A DNA stretch of 64,000 bases from Candidatus Bathyarchaeota archaeon (GCA_963775465.1 CAVZIW010000001.1:192001-256000), one strand, 5' to 3'; shown: positions 19,013 through 30,194, numbered from the stretch's first letter. Numbers and translations: made by a program. Notes: generated from the letters alone by a model not told the origin.

Positions 19013-19249
19013 TCAAACATCTCATGTATATTAATACTTAATACAGTGTGTATATAAAGCTTATTTCTTAGAAATAACACCCCAAAAAATCGCAACAAAA
19101 AAAGCACTTAATGCCCTCAACACAGACTCATCGACGAACCCCCTTAGGCAATACTACTGACTCATTAAAAGTTTAAAAAAGGCAAACGAACGCTCACAAT
19201 TCACATTGCTAATTAGAAAAAATAAAAAAGAAGGGATATTGAACCTATT

Positions 19250-22008
19250 TTATGGACGTTTTCTAAGCAGTAGCAACCCCACTACAGCTATTGCGATTAT
19301 TATGGCAATTGCTGCTGTTACTGTGTAGGTCATTAAGTCTGCTGTTGTTGCTAGGTTTGTCTGGGTAGCAGGTGTTGGCGCCGGAGTAATAATGGCAGGG
19401 TCCACTTTAAAGGCGGTCACTGAATGTGACGGCCAGTAAGATTCAGAACCGCTAAAGGCTGCATATACAGTGTACTTACCTTCTATGTCAGGCATCCAAT
19501 CATAGCTAAAGAAACCGTCAGCATTGCTAGTTGTTGTTCCGATTTCACGGTAGTTGCCATTAGCATCAACAACGCTAAGTATAACGTCAACGCCTGTTGT
19601 GTTGTTTGGTTTTCCTTTCTGCATGTAGACATATTCCATGTACTGCGATTGACTATCATCAGAGACTGCGGCAACACCGTATGGGAATCGCGCATCCTGT
19701 TCATTTTGCAATGTGCCTGCAGAAATGTCCATAACTGTTCCTTCAATGAGTACGCTGCTGCCCAATGCTGAGACTTTGGGCGAAGCTGTAACAGTTGTAG
19801 AGCTTGGACCTTTGCCTATAGCGTAGATTTGTGCATCATAGTTGTTCCAGTAGATCAAAACGCCATCAGCAGTAGCAAAGGTTTCAGGATAAGCCCATCC
19901 TGTCATTGTCCATACTTCGTCACCTGTAGTAGCATTGAGGCATCTAACGCGTTCACCTTTATACAAAGGTGTATCAGCAGAGTGTTCATGAGTTCCGACG
20001 TAGACCTTGCCATCGCAAATAAGGCCTTCCATCAAGACATAGTTTAGAATCTTTTCGCCTCCAGAGGGAGCTGCATATCGCCATTGGAGTTCGCCAGTCG
20101 TCAAATTGTAGGCAGAAATCATTCCAGTGTAACCACCAGTGTACAGCATACCATAAGCAAGCTTGGTCTGAGTCACAGAAATTAGGCTTGGCCACGTAAA
20201 GTATCCGTAGGGTTAATGTCTGCTTGAGCGTCTGTTGAGAACAATTCGTTGCCGGTGCTCATGTCGTAAACGTGGAATTTGCAGATTGGAACTTCCAAAG
20301 CTACAAAGACATTTTCATCTACTGATGCATGTTCATAGATGTAATTGGTGTTTTCTTGTGCATTGTCGATGTCGAGGTTCTTCATGTAAATTAAGTGACC
20401 TAAGCTTTCTGGTTTTAAGCTGATTGCCCAAATAGTTGTTTCATCTGGGAATGCATATGACGGGCTACCTGAACCCATTGGCCAAGAACCATTGCTTCCC
20501 CAGAGCATTTCACCTACTTTTGCTGCTCTTATGGTTGGTGTTGAACTGAATTGAATTGGAGAGGAAATATTCCAGTCGTAGCGTGAAGGTAAACCAGCAT
20601 CTATAGTTTGAACACGTGGATCAGCCGCTGCAGATATCATTGGAATGACTCTCGAAGAGTTCCATTGAGCCAGATAGTAGGATGGGTTTGAAGAACTACC
20701 TGTATTAGTAAAGACCAAACGTAGGTTTTCACCTGCGGGACCGGGTATTTCAAATGCACCCGAGGAGGGAACATTTGTGATAGTCCAAGGCGAAGCGATG
20801 CCGCGTTCGGGTTGAATAGCCTTTTGGTAATTATAGGTGAATATCCATCCAGGGTTTTGAATGCCGTGTTCATTCGGATCATCTTGACTGTAATAGTAAC
20901 CAAACCAATAGTTCGTTGGCGAACTCATTATAGAGTACATCCAATTCTGAAATTGTGCACCAACTATCGCAGTAGTGTTAACTTCGTAAAGCAGTTCACC
21001 AGTCTTCAAGTCAACGCAATCCATGAAATCACTTGCACCTAAAGTGAAAACATTTGGCGAATAGTAAAGTCGGCCGTACATAATGATCTGGTTCATGAAT
21101 CGTGGTTGATACTGTGAACCTGCATTGAAAGTATTACCAGCACGCGAAAGGTCTGATCCGCCAACAACTCCATTGTCCTCCGTTGGTCTTGTCCACAGAA
21201 TATGTGGACTGTTAGGTGCAATTCCGTCAGCTTGGTAGCGGTTCTCAATCCCACCGTTGTCACGATCATGAGAGTTACCTAGCCAGTTTGATGAAATTTG
21301 GTACCAGTCGGTGTTTTGGCCGTCAATTGGTCGCGTCCAGTACTCAGTCGGTAAAGCCTGAATATTGGGCAATCCGATCAGAGAAGTGGGCTCTTGCTGC
21401 ACATTAACTGTTGACGTGAAACTACTTTCAAGGAAAGTTGTTCCGTAGTAGTCGTTGCTGCCACCAGTTGATGAGTTCCAGTGATAGTATAACTCAAAGA
21501 AAGTGACTGTTAAAGAGTAGTTTCCTGTCTGGTCTGGTGTGTATGCAGTGTAAGCTGAACCTGTTGAGTCAGAAACGAATTTGCCATCTACAACTCCGCC
21601 TGTTGAAATGCTTCCCCCGCTTGAACCTGATGCGGGAAGTGTCTCTGTAGACCCATCTGGCTTTACAATGTCGAGTTTGAAGTAGTATCGTATATCATTG
21701 CCTAAAGATGCACTAGGAGGCACCTGTGGGTTGAACATAACAACGTTGAATTGTTGACCAATACCTACAGGGTTTGGTGCAACCATGATGTAGACATGTG
21801 TTGGAATGTTATCTTGGAATCTGTTCCAAAGAAGCAGTCGAGTAGCGGAAGCATCTGGGGTCATTCCGGTCCAATTCATTCCTTGATCGATGGCTGTTTG
21901 AGTGGCTGTATTGTATGCGTCGGTAGTTTCTAAAGCGCTGAGAGATATTGTCATTGATACTGCAAGAATTACGCAAATTATTATTGAAAGAGTTTTGTTT
22001 TTTTGCAT
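19250..22008 (-). pseudogene. Secreted PQQ-like beta-propeller protein split by a 1-nt deletion at ~20210-20212 (frameshift or consensus error)
   Basis: ORFs 20182-22026 and 19250-20176 together match paralog 55950-58655. Adding one base in AACCCTAC restores DINP-YGYFTWPSLISVTQTKLAYG. Confidence 0.85.
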
Positions 22009-22305
22009 ATTTTTTATTTTCTCCAAATTTTAATGGTGCGCCTATAATGCGCATAGCTCCGATTATTTTAGCAATGTGTATTTTAAATTTTGGTAAAAAT
22101 TGGCTTAGACACAAATAAATAATCTCTTAAAAGAAGGATTCAAGGCAGGATATAAAACACTTCAAATCTAGTGCTTTCATGCAACCAGAATTACTCAGTC
22201 AACGCTTATGACCTTAGGGTCCCTTGTTGAGTTGATGTTAGTTATAGCAAGTCTTAAAAAGACAGGTAACATTCATCTTACTCTATTCGTGAGGAAGAAA
22301 AAGCT

Positions 22306-23919
22306 TTGGCAACAGGTTTGGGCAAAAGAATTGTTCTCACAGCTTCCGCCACCGAAATGAGCGATTTTCTCAACAACCCTTTCATGGCATTCGTAGGCGG
22401 TTTTGGCAAAGGACCAATCCCACTATCATATGCACGGAGAACCCTCTACCCACATATGGGTTCCAAGACCGATGGCCAAGCAAACTATGCGCCCTATGGA
22501 CTGCGAAAGGTAGAAGCAATCCTTCTAGAAGGCGGATTTTCATCTCAAGATATTGCAGTAGTTCACCCTCTAGACTTAGACAGATTCATCGGACCAGAAA
22601 CAAAAGTAGTCGGCATATCCTCAATGGATCCCACAGGCATGGGATACGTTAGCAAAACATACTCTAACATTGTAGGCGGAGGCGAACCTATGAACGCCAT
22701 AGAATTCCGCAAACTCGTCATGCACCCCAGCATAAAAAAATATAAGCCAAAAATTATAGTGGGCGGTTTTGGTTCATGGCAGCTTGAACGAAAACACGTA
22801 GCTGACAGCTATGGCGTAGATTGTGTTCTCATCGGGGGTAGACCAGGACCAATTGTTGAGTTATTCAAAAAAGCAGTAAACGACGAACCGATACCCCGCA
22901 TAGCCAAAGCTGACGAATCGCTAAATAACTGGAACTACAACGCTGAAATGCCACTGACCAAGAACGTAGCTATCCATGGCGCGGTTGAAATCTCAAAAGG
23001 ATGTGGACGCAACTGCCAATTTTGCACTCCAACCATGCAAAACAAGATTGACGTGCCAGTAGAAAAAATAATGAAAGAAGTTGCGTTGAGCACAGCACAA
23101 GGCAGCGATCATGTAACCCTGATCACAGAGGACCTGTTCTTGTATGGTGCATCAGACAAAAAATTTATCCCTAACCGAGAAGCCGTTGTCAATCTAGTTA
23201 AGAGCGTGGCGGATCATCCAGGTGTTAAAAGCATTCAAGCATCACATATTTCTCTAGCCCCTGTTTGGCATGACCCCTTAATGATTAAACAACTTGCAGA
23301 AGTTCTCATTGAAAAAAGCTGGTATTCATTCGGCAAAAAACCAATTATAACCGCTGAGACAGGCATCGAAACTGGAAGCCCACGCTTAATGAGAAAGTAC
23401 ATGGGCGGAAAAATGCTTCCATTTAAACCTGAACAATGGCAAGACGTCGTTACAAACGCCTTTGGCATATTAAACGATAACGATTGGTACCCTCTTGCAA
23501 CATTGATCATTGGATTACCAGACGAAAAAGAAGAAGACATGATACAAACCCTTGAGCTAATGGACAAACTCAAAGACTACAACGCATTCTACGTGCCACT
23601 GTTCTTTGTGCCTCTAGAAAACTGCGTTCTAATGAATAAGAAAGGCGCCGAAATGGATTCACTATCCAAAGCAAGATGGGACTTCTTTATCAGATGCTGG
23701 GAATACAACATTAAAATCTGGAAACCAACTTTCCTAGAAAACCGCCTCAATAACCCATTACTCTACAAAACCTTCGACCAGGTGCTAATTCCATACTTTG
23801 GCAAAATCGCAGGTTTCTACTATGGCTTAACCAGAGGGCAACAATTAAAACAAGCATTTTGGACCCTAAGCATGCCACAACAAATCAATAGAAAAGTAAA
23901 AAACAAAATAAATATTTAG
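22306..23919 (+). CDS. Radical SAM protein with N-terminal cobalamin-binding-like domain, probably Grs/Gms/Gmm tetraether-lipid-modifying family
   Basis: CGRNCQFC; APYGLRKVEA, VVGISSMDP, KIIVGG..WQ, GIETGS.RL, TLIIGLP.E. Confidence 0.7.
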   Translation: MATGLGKRIVLTASATEMSDFLNNPFMAFVGGFGKGPIPLSYARRTLYPHMGSKTDGQANYAPYGLRKVEAILLEGGFSSQDIAVVHPLDLDRFIGPETKVVGISSMDPTGMGYVSKTYSNIVGGGEPMNAIEFRKLVMHPSIKKYKPKIIVGGFGSWQLERKHVADSYGVDCVLIGGRPGPIVELFKKAVNDEPIPRIAKADESLNNWNYNAEMPLTKNVAIHGAVEISKGCGRNCQFCTPTMQNKIDVPVEKIMKEVALSTAQGSDHVTLITEDLFLYGASDKKFIPNREAVVNLVKSVADHPGVKSIQASHISLAPVWHDPLMIKQLAEVLIEKSWYSFGKKPIITAETGIETGSPRLMRKYMGGKMLPFKPEQWQDVVTNAFGILNDNDWYPLATLIIGLPDEKEEDMIQTLELMDKLKDYNAFYVPLFFVPLENCVLMNKKGAEMDSLSKARWDFFIRCWEYNIKIWKPTFLENRLNNPLLYKTFDQVLIPYFGKIAGFYYGLTRGQQLKQAFWTLSMPQQINRKVKNKINI

Positions 23920-23939
23920 ACAAGCTCTTCTGCCGCTGA

Positions 23940-24836
23940 CTATTCCCTCTTTTCTTCTTCTAACACAACTTCTTCGGGAATTGTTTCTTGCGTTTGAGAG
24001 GTTTGAGGAATTGCTGGTTTAATGACTTTTCTTGCATGAGTAATGTAACCCGTGTGTCCTGTCATCATTGTGTTGGGTCGAGTTTTTCCACGTTCTACCT
24101 GCATTGTCCGCATCAAGCACTCGACAGTCTCGATAAACACAAAGCCGTTTTCACGAAGCGCTTCAGTGGTTCTCACAACTTGGTCTATTGTCGGGCTAAA
24201 TGACACAATTACACCTGAGGGTTTAAGGGCAGCATAAGCATGTGGAACGACAAGCCAGGGAACAGCAAGATCCAATATTACCGCGTCAACATCGCGTTCA
24301 TCATATCCCGTTAACGTAACATCGCCACTTTTCATTTCAACGTTGTCGATTAGTTTTGAGCGTTGAAGATTTTTAGCAGCGTTCTTTTGGAATTCACTAC
24401 GTAACTCGTAAGTGTAGACTTTTCCGGTTGAACCAACATAATGAGCCAACGCTGTAGTCAAAGACCCTGTTCCAGTACCCGACTCTACAACTCGGCTTCC
24501 AGGACCTATCCCGCTAAAAATTACGATTAATGCGGCATCTTTGGGATAAATAATCTGAGTGTTACGACTGGATTTCATAATATAATCTGTTAGTTTTGGT
24601 TTTAATGTGGTAAAGTAGATGCCCATGCTGCTTTTGATTGGTTCACCGTATTCTTTTCCTATGAGTTCATCTAGTTTTAGGTAGCCTTTGTGAGTGTGAA
24701 ATGTTTGTCCGGCTTGAAGTTTTATCATGTAGGTGCGGCGAGCATCAAGGTAAATAAGGACGTTATCGCCGTCTTGGATTTTCTCGTTAACCAACTTAGG
24801 TTCCTCTTGCGGAAAAGGAAATGCATCTAGTTCCAT
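23940..24836 (-). CDS. trmI: tRNA (adenine57/58-N1)-methyltransferase
   Basis: TQIIYPKD, VVESGTGTGSLT, YELR, DAVILDL..PW, TRP...MTGHTGYI. Confidence 0.93.
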   Translation of the reverse strand: MELDAFPFPQEEPKLVNEKIQDGDNVLIYLDARRTYMIKLQAGQTFHTHKGYLKLDELIGKEYGEPIKSSMGIYFTTLKPKLTDYIMKSSRNTQIIYPKDAALIVIFSGIGPGSRVVESGTGTGSLTTALAHYVGSTGKVYTYELRSEFQKNAAKNLQRSKLIDNVEMKSGDVTLTGYDERDVDAVILDLAVPWLVVPHAYAALKPSGVIVSFSPTIDQVVRTTEALRENGFVFIETVECLMRTMQVERGKTRPNTMMTGHTGYITHARKVIKPAIPQTSQTQETIPEEVVLEEEKRE

Positions 24837-24983
24837 TTAAGCTTTGAACTAATCTATATACCAATGGAGCGCAGGCGAAAATACACCGTTTATTGCATTT
24901 AAAAGTCTATTGTTAACGAAAAAACAGCTACGCTAAAAAGATTGTAGGTAAGTTGCTTTCTATCCGTTACTCTTTGAGTTATT

Positions 24984-25484
24984 TTAGTAAAGTGAAGCTA
25001 CAACAGCTGTTACAGTTCCCTGAATGTGTGGAACAGTTTCTTGTATTTGCGAAACAAGTCTTTTTAGATCCAATTTTCCATTTGCTTTAACCGCAGCTAT
25101 CGCATCAAACGGTCCCAAAACTGTATCCACAGATAAGACTTCTGGAATCGCTTGAAGCTTTTCTTGAACTAATTCTATGTATCGTGGTTGCGTGTTGAGA
25201 AATAGAAACGCATAGGGTTCTTCAACATATTGATTTCCTTCAGAGAGAACTATAAGAGTTTGAGTTCTAAGGATTAATGATTCCTGCGCAGTTATGTTTT
25301 TGATTGGGTTGAACCATTTGTTTACAAACTCGTCAAGGGTCTTTAGGCCTCGAATCTGAATTAAGATATCTACGGGACCGAAAAGCAGAAAAATGTCTTT
25401 CTTTGAAAGGTTGAGTTTTATTAGTTCGTCTATGACTTGGTTGAAAGCACCTACTTTGCAGGACAAACCTATATATGCTTTCAT
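24984..25484 (-). CDS. Tandem Lrp/AsnC ligand-binding (RAM) domain protein without HTH
   Basis: Two repeats of AY/AF...G.(V/F)D.(L/I) pattern. Confidence 0.75.
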   Translation of the reverse strand: MKAYIGLSCKVGAFNQVIDELIKLNLSKKDIFLLFGPVDILIQIRGLKTLDEFVNKWFNPIKNITAQESLILRTQTLIVLSEGNQYVEEPYAFLFLNTQPRYIELVQEKLQAIPEVLSVDTVLGPFDAIAAVKANGKLDLKRLVSQIQETVPHIQGTVTAVVASLY

Positions 25485-25730
25485 AATGCATCAAGAACTA
25501 ATTGTATTTCTGTTTGATAAATATAGCGCGCACTAAGACTATTAACAAACTGAACATTAAATTATGCTTCAACTGGAGAAAATGGCAAAAAATGAGAATA
25601 AAATTTAAGAATAATAACAACTTTATATATTATTGAAGGAAGAATTCAGGACCTTCATACAAGCTATTCCTTAATTATTGTCCTGTTTGTTGCAAAAGTT
25701 GTTCGTACATCCTGAAAGGAAGTATTAAAC

Positions 25731-26957
25731 ATGAAAAAAAATACATACCAAGATGACCGTATCGCTACTCTCGAACAGCTTAAAGCATATCTTGATATCT
25801 CACCCCAAATTGAGAAGAAGCTACAAAGAGTCTTACAGGCTCACCCCATGCTAATTACGCCTCACTACGCATCCTTGATTGATTGGACAGATCCCAATGA
25901 TCCAATAATGAAAATGGCTGTTCCTTCATGCGAAGAACTTAACCTTGAAGGCAGCTATGATACCAGTGGCGAAGCTGAAAACACAAAGCTCCCAGGTCTC
26001 CAACATAAATATTCTGAAACTGCATTAGTTTTAGTCACAAATACATGTGCAACATACTGCAGGCATTGTTTTAGAAAACGTCTTGTTGGGCTTCCCACCG
26101 AAGAAACATTAAAACGCATGGATGACGCAACGGAATACATAAAAGAACATCCTGAAATAAACAATGTTCTTGTTAGCGGCGGCGACCCCTTTACCCTCTG
26201 CAACAAATCAATTGAAAGAATTTTAGACCATCTAACGAGAATACCTCATGTAAAATTCATAAGATTCGGTACCAGAGTACCCGTAACCTACCCAAACAGA
26301 CTTGACGATAACGAACTCTTGGGAATCTTTAAAAGATACTCAACTAATAAAAAACGATTGCAGGTTGTAACTCAGTTTAACCACCCGAAAGAGATATGTC
26401 CCAAATCTATCAAAGCAGTCAGCGATCTTATTGATGCCGGTGCATTGCTAAACAATCAAACAGTTCTGCTTAGAGGAGTCAACGATAGACCCGACGTACT
26501 TGCCAGCTTAATGAACGGATTGGTGAGTATTGGGGTTTCGCCATACTATGTTTTTCAATGTCGCCCACTCGCCAGAGTTAAGAATCATTTTCAGGTTCCA
26601 TTATTCAAAGGTCTTAAAATAGTCGAGAACGCAAAAGCGCAATGTAATGGTCTTAGTAAACGTTTCAAGTATGTTATGTCACATGTTACAGGCAAGATCG
26701 AGATTTTGGGTATAATGGATGGGGAAATATACTTCAAGTATCATGAAGCAAAGGAAAGAAAAAATTTAGGTGTGATGTTTAAGCATCCGATAAATAAATC
26801 GTCAGGATGGCTAGATGATTTCAATCCATTTGAAATACAAACCAACATAGAACCTAAGATTGGTAACACATCAAATAGTGAAGTAATAAAATTGGAAATC
26901 CAAGAAAACAAGCGAGTTAAAAAAACAGACAATAGACTCAGATTTGCTGCTTACTGA
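25731..26957 (+). CDS. KamA-family radical SAM aminomutase (lysine 2,3-aminomutase-like)
   Basis: GLQHKY, CATYCRHCFRKR, SGGDP, FNHPKE, NQTVLLRGVND, PYYVFQ, GKIE. Confidence 0.9.
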   Translation: MKKNTYQDDRIATLEQLKAYLDISPQIEKKLQRVLQAHPMLITPHYASLIDWTDPNDPIMKMAVPSCEELNLEGSYDTSGEAENTKLPGLQHKYSETALVLVTNTCATYCRHCFRKRLVGLPTEETLKRMDDATEYIKEHPEINNVLVSGGDPFTLCNKSIERILDHLTRIPHVKFIRFGTRVPVTYPNRLDDNELLGIFKRYSTNKKRLQVVTQFNHPKEICPKSIKAVSDLIDAGALLNNQTVLLRGVNDRPDVLASLMNGLVSIGVSPYYVFQCRPLARVKNHFQVPLFKGLKIVENAKAQCNGLSKRFKYVMSHVTGKIEILGIMDGEIYFKYHEAKERKNLGVMFKHPINKSSGWLDDFNPFEIQTNIEPKIGNTSNSEVIKLEIQENKRVKKTDNRLRFAAY

Positions 26958-27380
26958 ATAACGTGCCCCAACGACATGGAAGAATTTCTACAATATCTCC
27001 ATCTATCATTAATTGGATAGTTTATCCTAAGAGCACTATTTGCCTCAAACTGCCCTATCTAGCTTTTTGCCGCAAAAAGAACAAACAAAAACAAGGCGCA
27101 AAAACGATTTTTTAGGTTAGATTAACATTTTATTTCATCTAAATGTAAAAATTCGCTTCTGAATAGCCTTCCCTAGTAGGCTTAAAAACTTGGTATTTTT
27201 CTTACAAAACACTCGCAATAACCTCACTGCAATCAAAACGTTTTGTTGCGCCTCAGAATATTATAATTTTAAAAGCCAAATTTGGAAGTTTACCATCTCC
27301 CAAGTCCAAACGTGCAATTATCATCATTGGCAACAACATAAAACTCTCAAACTTAGCTACAACTCATAAAATTAAGTTAT

Positions 27381-27701
27381 TTAACTGCGATACTTAACTA
27401 ATTTGGACTCTTTTTCCCAAAATAAAGGGTCATTAACCAAAATAACCTGTACTTCAACCACATTACGGGGATTTGTAAGCACAGCCCGAAGTTTTTTAGA
27501 CAAACCAGGCTTTCCTAAAAGCGCCATCCTAGATTGTTCAAGCTGTTGAGCAATTCTTTCTGTTTTTTTGTTCGCGTAGCTGCGGTACCATACACTTTTG
27601 CCTTCCCTGATTGCTTGATCGAATGCTTCTTTTGTAGACTGGATTAGTTTGTCGCCTTCTTTTATGAACCAGAAAGGAGCATGTTTAGACATAATAATCA
27701 A
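27381..27701 (-). CDS. Hypothetical basic protein
   Basis: 106-aa ORF with natural composition; no recognised motif. Confidence 0.6.
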   Translation of the reverse strand: MIIMSKHAPFWFIKEGDKLIQSTKEAFDQAIREGKSVWYRSYANKKTERIAQQLEQSRMALLGKPGLSKKLRAVLTNPRNVVEVQVILVNDPLFWEKESKLVKYRS

Positions 27702-27937
27702 AGGTATAACCCAAAGTGATTTTAATTAACATTCTCCATTCAGCTAACAAATCAGTTTCAGTAATAATTTAGTGATTAAGAGACCATTTTCCTAAGCCAT
27801 CCACTGGCGCATAAAATTAAATCGCTGTCTTTGAGGAGCTAAATAATCTACAAACTCTTAAAAAATGTTTAAATCGATTTACGGGAAAAATGAATTAGAA
27901 AAATAGAAAAGGCGAGTTAGCAAGACATCAGATTTGC

Positions 27938-28030
27938 TTAACTAGTTTGAGTTTTGCTCTTCTTTTCCTTTTTTGCCTTGCGTTTCTCGTCTCGCTCTTT
28001 CTTAGTTAATGGCTTTTCTTTTTTTGGCAT
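27938..28030 (-). CDS. 30-aa Lys-rich microprotein MPKKEKPLTKKERDEKRKAKKEKKSKTQTS
   Basis: Below the ORF-track cutoff. GGAGA SD-like motif ~11 nt upstream and TTTATAG TATA-like motif at ~28071-28077. Confidence 0.6.
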   Translation of the reverse strand: MPKKEKPLTKKERDEKRKAKKEKKSKTQTS

Positions 28031-28109
28031 TTTCTAATGTTCTCCGAATTTAAATCTATAACACATTGGGCTATAAAGCCTTTCGAAAGATGCAACTAAC
28101 CAATCGATT

Positions 28110-28457
28110 CTAAGTGTATTCTCTAAAGGTGTGACCACATTTTGTGCAGCGCATAAACTGAGTTGACGCCTCATCGCCGCCCCGAGTCTGAACTTGCCAA
28201 ACGTAAACTTCGTTATTCTCGCATTTTTCGCATTTCATTTTTATGGTAGCCATAGTGCTTATTTTCTGATCTTCCTCACTAATTATGGTCATAAAGGGTT
28301 TAGGTTTGGGCTTGAGAACTGCCCCGGTGCGGGCTTCCGCCTTTTTATCGTCAGGTTGTTTAGTGAAGTTGCATTTTGCGCAGCAGAGAACAAATGAGTT
28401 GCCCTCACCAGTTTTTTTGGGTTCAAGACGGCAACCGCACGTTGGACAAAATTCCAT
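28110..28457 (-). CDS. tfs: Transcription factor S (TFS, RpoM/TFIIS-like)
   Basis: MEFCPTCG..C..C; C..C...QTRGGDE..TQF.RC.KCG.TFREY with the acidic DE pair intact. Confidence 0.9.
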   Translation of the reverse strand: MEFCPTCGCRLEPKKTGEGNSFVLCCAKCNFTKQPDDKKAEARTGAVLKPKPKPFMTIISEEDQKISTMATIKMKCEKCENNEVYVWQVQTRGGDEASTQFMRCTKCGHTFREYT

Positions 28458-28955
28458 AAATAGAACTCCCTCTTAATTTCACCATTAGAACACAAAATAA
28501 GATATAAGTATTATTTAGAAAGCGCCGAATTTTGCTGCTCCATAATGTTTCTTATGGAAGCCTGCAAGGTTGCCAGATTTTTAACCAACAGAGCAATCAC
28601 TTCTACAGAAACTCAAAGACGGAAAATCAAAGATATGGACTTCTTAGAGAAAATCGGAATTCGTGTACATTGGAAGGATAAGAAAAACACATCTGCAAAC
28701 TTGAAACTCTTCGTAATGTTAATCTAAGGAAACATTTTGCAGCTACAAAGCTCTAAAAACTGCCTTTATCTCCATGGAAGGTTGGTAACAACAACAAGAA
28801 TTTTTTAGGTGTTGTTGTTTTAGCAGACAAACAATCTTTTCTGTGGCTACCGTATGTTGCAGTCCTCAATTATTTAGTAATCCGTAAAAACTTATTCTAT
28901 CTGAGGCACCGACTTAAATTAGAGAATTTGTCACAATTAACCATAGGGTTGAAAG

Positions 28956-29603
28956 ATGGATAAACAGAACATAACCTCAAGTGAGTGGCTAACAACAGAA
29001 CATGCTTTTGCGTACTTAGCAAGAGAAGACAAACTGCCACATCGAACAGAAGGAGAAAAAGTACTACTTGAACAAATACCCACAAACGCAAGAAGGGTAC
29101 TTGATTTAGGAACTGGCAATGGAAGGTTGCTTGCCTTGATTAAAACACAAAATCCAACAATTGAGGGTTTTGCCCTAGACTTCTCTGAGCCCATGCTAAA
29201 TCAAGCCAAAAAACGCTTCGCAGACGACAAAAAAGTAACCATCATCAAGCATGACTTTAGCATTCCATTACCCATCAAACTAGGAAATTTTGACGCAATC
29301 GTCTCAAGTTTAGCTATCCACCATTTAACTGATATAAGTAAAAAACAGCTCTACCAAGAAATATTCAACTTCTTAAACCCCAAAGGTGTATTCTGCAACT
29401 TAGAACACGTCTCTTCACCAACCCAAAATCTTCATCTAAAGTTTCTAGCAGCCACAGGTCTTACCCCCGAAACTGAAGACCCATCAAACAAACTCTTAGA
29501 TGTAGAAACACAACTCAAATGGCTAAAAGAAATCGGATTTAAAGATGTAGATTGCTACTGGAAATGGCTAGAAATTGCACTACTAATCGGGGTTAAACCC
29601 TAA
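28956..29603 (+). CDS. Class I SAM-dependent methyltransferase
   Basis: VLDLGTGNG, DFSEPML, FDAIVSSLAIHHL, LNPKG. Confidence 0.9.
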   Translation: MDKQNITSSEWLTTEHAFAYLAREDKLPHRTEGEKVLLEQIPTNARRVLDLGTGNGRLLALIKTQNPTIEGFALDFSEPMLNQAKKRFADDKKVTIIKHDFSIPLPIKLGNFDAIVSSLAIHHLTDISKKQLYQEIFNFLNPKGVFCNLEHVSSPTQNLHLKFLAATGLTPETEDPSNKLLDVETQLKWLKEIGFKDVDCYWKWLEIALLIGVKP

Positions 29604-29690
29604 TTACTGATGCTTAACAAGGCTTAAGCAAGTAATAGAAACATATTAATATCAATTGGTCTAACAAAATGGGTAGGAGTTTTAACAAAA

Positions 29691-30194
29691 ATGTCAACAC
29701 AAATCGAGCAGATAGACTGGACACATTGGATCTACCGCTTAATCGCATACATAATCGACAGCATCATCATCGCAATCCCCACATACATAATATGGTTCAT
29801 AATAACCCTAGCCCTAGTTTTCAGCCCCCTATCCTTCTTCTCAATCTACGGACTTGCCTTAGTATTTCCATTCATATTTGGAATTATTCAATTACTATAC
29901 TTTTCTCTCTTAGACGTCAATTGGGGCGCAACAATAGGCAAAAGAATCTTAGGCTTGCAAGTACAAATGGTCAACGGTGGGAAAGTACCATTTGGCAAAG
30001 CACTTATTCGCAACATAAGCAAAATCTACTGGATCTTTCTAGTACTTGACTGGCTAATAGGAATAATAACCACTGGAGACAAACGTCAAAAATTCACCGA
30101 CCGCTATGCTGGAACAACTGTCATCCAAGTAAAACAAGCATTTGCATCAGCAACAACAACAGCTCCGCCACCGCCACCGCCTCCACCAACATAA
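29691..30194 (+). CDS. RDD family membrane protein with poly-Pro tail
   Basis: RLIAYIID, GATIGKRILGL.V, R..D..AGT.V; ends with PPPPPPPPT. Confidence 0.88.
   Translation: MSTQIEQIDWTHWIYRLIAYIIDSIIIAIPTYIIWFIITLALVFSPLSFFSIYGLALVFPFIFGIIQLLYFSLLDVNWGATIGKRILGLQVQMVNGGKVPFGKALIRNISKIYWIFLVLDWLIGIITTGDKRQKFTDRYAGTTVIQVKQAFASATTTAPPPPPPPPT

Noticed and set aside
22195-22240. Small hairpin TCAAC..GACC-TTAG-GGTC..GTTGA between divergent genes
   Set aside because: Short, weak stems with no recognisable ncRNA boxes.
27275-27331. Possible second C/D sRNA on the minus strand (GCCAA/TTGGC ends, ATGATGA, guide AATTGCACGT resembling an LSU motif)
   Set aside because: No recognisable D or D' box (CTGA); could be decayed or chance.
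28545-28727. 60-aa ORF with KIKDMDF, faintly like an integrase box-I downstream segment
   Set aside because: Similarity is too short and no catalytic Arg motif is present.
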